64,000 nucleotides of DNA from Octopus vulgaris (taxonomy: Eukaryota): contig OX597823.1 in assembly GCA_951406725.2 (NCBI GenBank), forward strand, positions 27,838,001 through 27,902,000, in the 5' to 3' direction. The translations under genes were made by a program, and so were the position numbers. Below are positions 63,213-64,000 of the stretch, one piece after another; position 1 is the stretch's first letter; each line of letters opens with the position of its first letter. Below the pieces are notes generated by a model that saw only the letters and a program-made list of their open reading frames with translations, made no database searches and was not told where the DNA came from.

Positions 63213-64000
63213 TTGCATGAAAATATTGAGCAAAAAATGATGACATTCTCTGCTAAGAAATCATCCTGTTACTCAGTACATTTGAAGATGAATTGAACAA
63301 AAATCTGTTACTTGAAAATTAGGTAAGGGTTAGCAACAGGAAGGACATCCAACTGTAAAACAGTGCCTCAATCCACATTCATCCAACCTACTCTAGCATG
63401 GAAAAATGGACATAAAATGATTCTATGAAGGAAAACCCAATTGAAAGCATTCATTTTTGACTTCTCATTTCCTTTATACCCCTATTTTCCCTGTAGCCCT
63501 TAACTTATGACCAGTTCTGATTTGGTGTCAACTGGATCAATGTCACCATTCTAGGTATGCGACCTGCAAAGGTCACGTACATTGCCCTTCAGCCAATCAA
63601 TCTCTATCCAACCTTGAAACGAAAATGAAAGAAAGAAAAACGCTTTTGTCTTCATATTGTGTGTTCTTATATTCTGTGTTTTTTTGTTGCTTTTTACTGA
63701 ATTATTTTATCTGTTTTATTTGATAAAAATAATTCTTTATTTGATAAGAGTAATTCTTTGTTCAGAAATCGTATTGTTTCATTGTTTCTCTTGCTTGAAT
63801 TTGCTTGAATCACTAAATGCAATACAAATGATAAAATTCAATTTCTATCTTATCTCTGTTGCTACTCTCAACTTGTCTCTATGATAATCTACTTAATTGG
63901 ATTGTTGTAGCTGATAGCTTTCAATATGAGATGAGTGGAAACTGGTACACGAAAGATAACTAACTACACAGATGTAAGAATTAAGCAGGGGTGGATAGAT

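Noticed and set aside
63497-63554. Plus-strand exon bounded by TGTAG| and |GTATGC
   Set aside because: Stops occur in all three frames; at most a non-coding exon.

Overview
This is an AT-rich, repeat-saturated eukaryotic window with no long intact ORF. The microsatellite style and SINE families point to a coleoid cephalopod, most likely Octopus; this is inferred from recognised repeat sequences. Almost all computed ORFs are translations of microsatellites or repeats. Supported content: an internally deleted Tx1/L1-clade LINE (3.45-6.8 kb), a decayed DD37D (maT) Tc1/mariner, a deleted hAT, two piggyBac-type MITEs, two non-autonomous Helitrons, a telomere-repeat MITE, RTE and Penelope-like fragments, and many copies of four tRNA-headed SINE families (working labels A-D). 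The most striking signal is a set of minimal hammerhead-ribozyme motifs carried by several unrelated short repeats. These include a tRNA-promoter SINE with a hammerhead tail and terminal redundancy (52.6 and 55.3 kb) and a TSD-bounded 405-bp hairpin-plus-hammerhead element (39.1 kb), together suggesting a retrozyme-like or Penelope-parasitic system. SINE copies right of about 37.5 kb show much more CpG decay, which suggests a methylated gene body. Only weak minus-strand exon candidates were found there. Repeat boundaries were read by eye and are approximate unless TSD or TIR positions are given.
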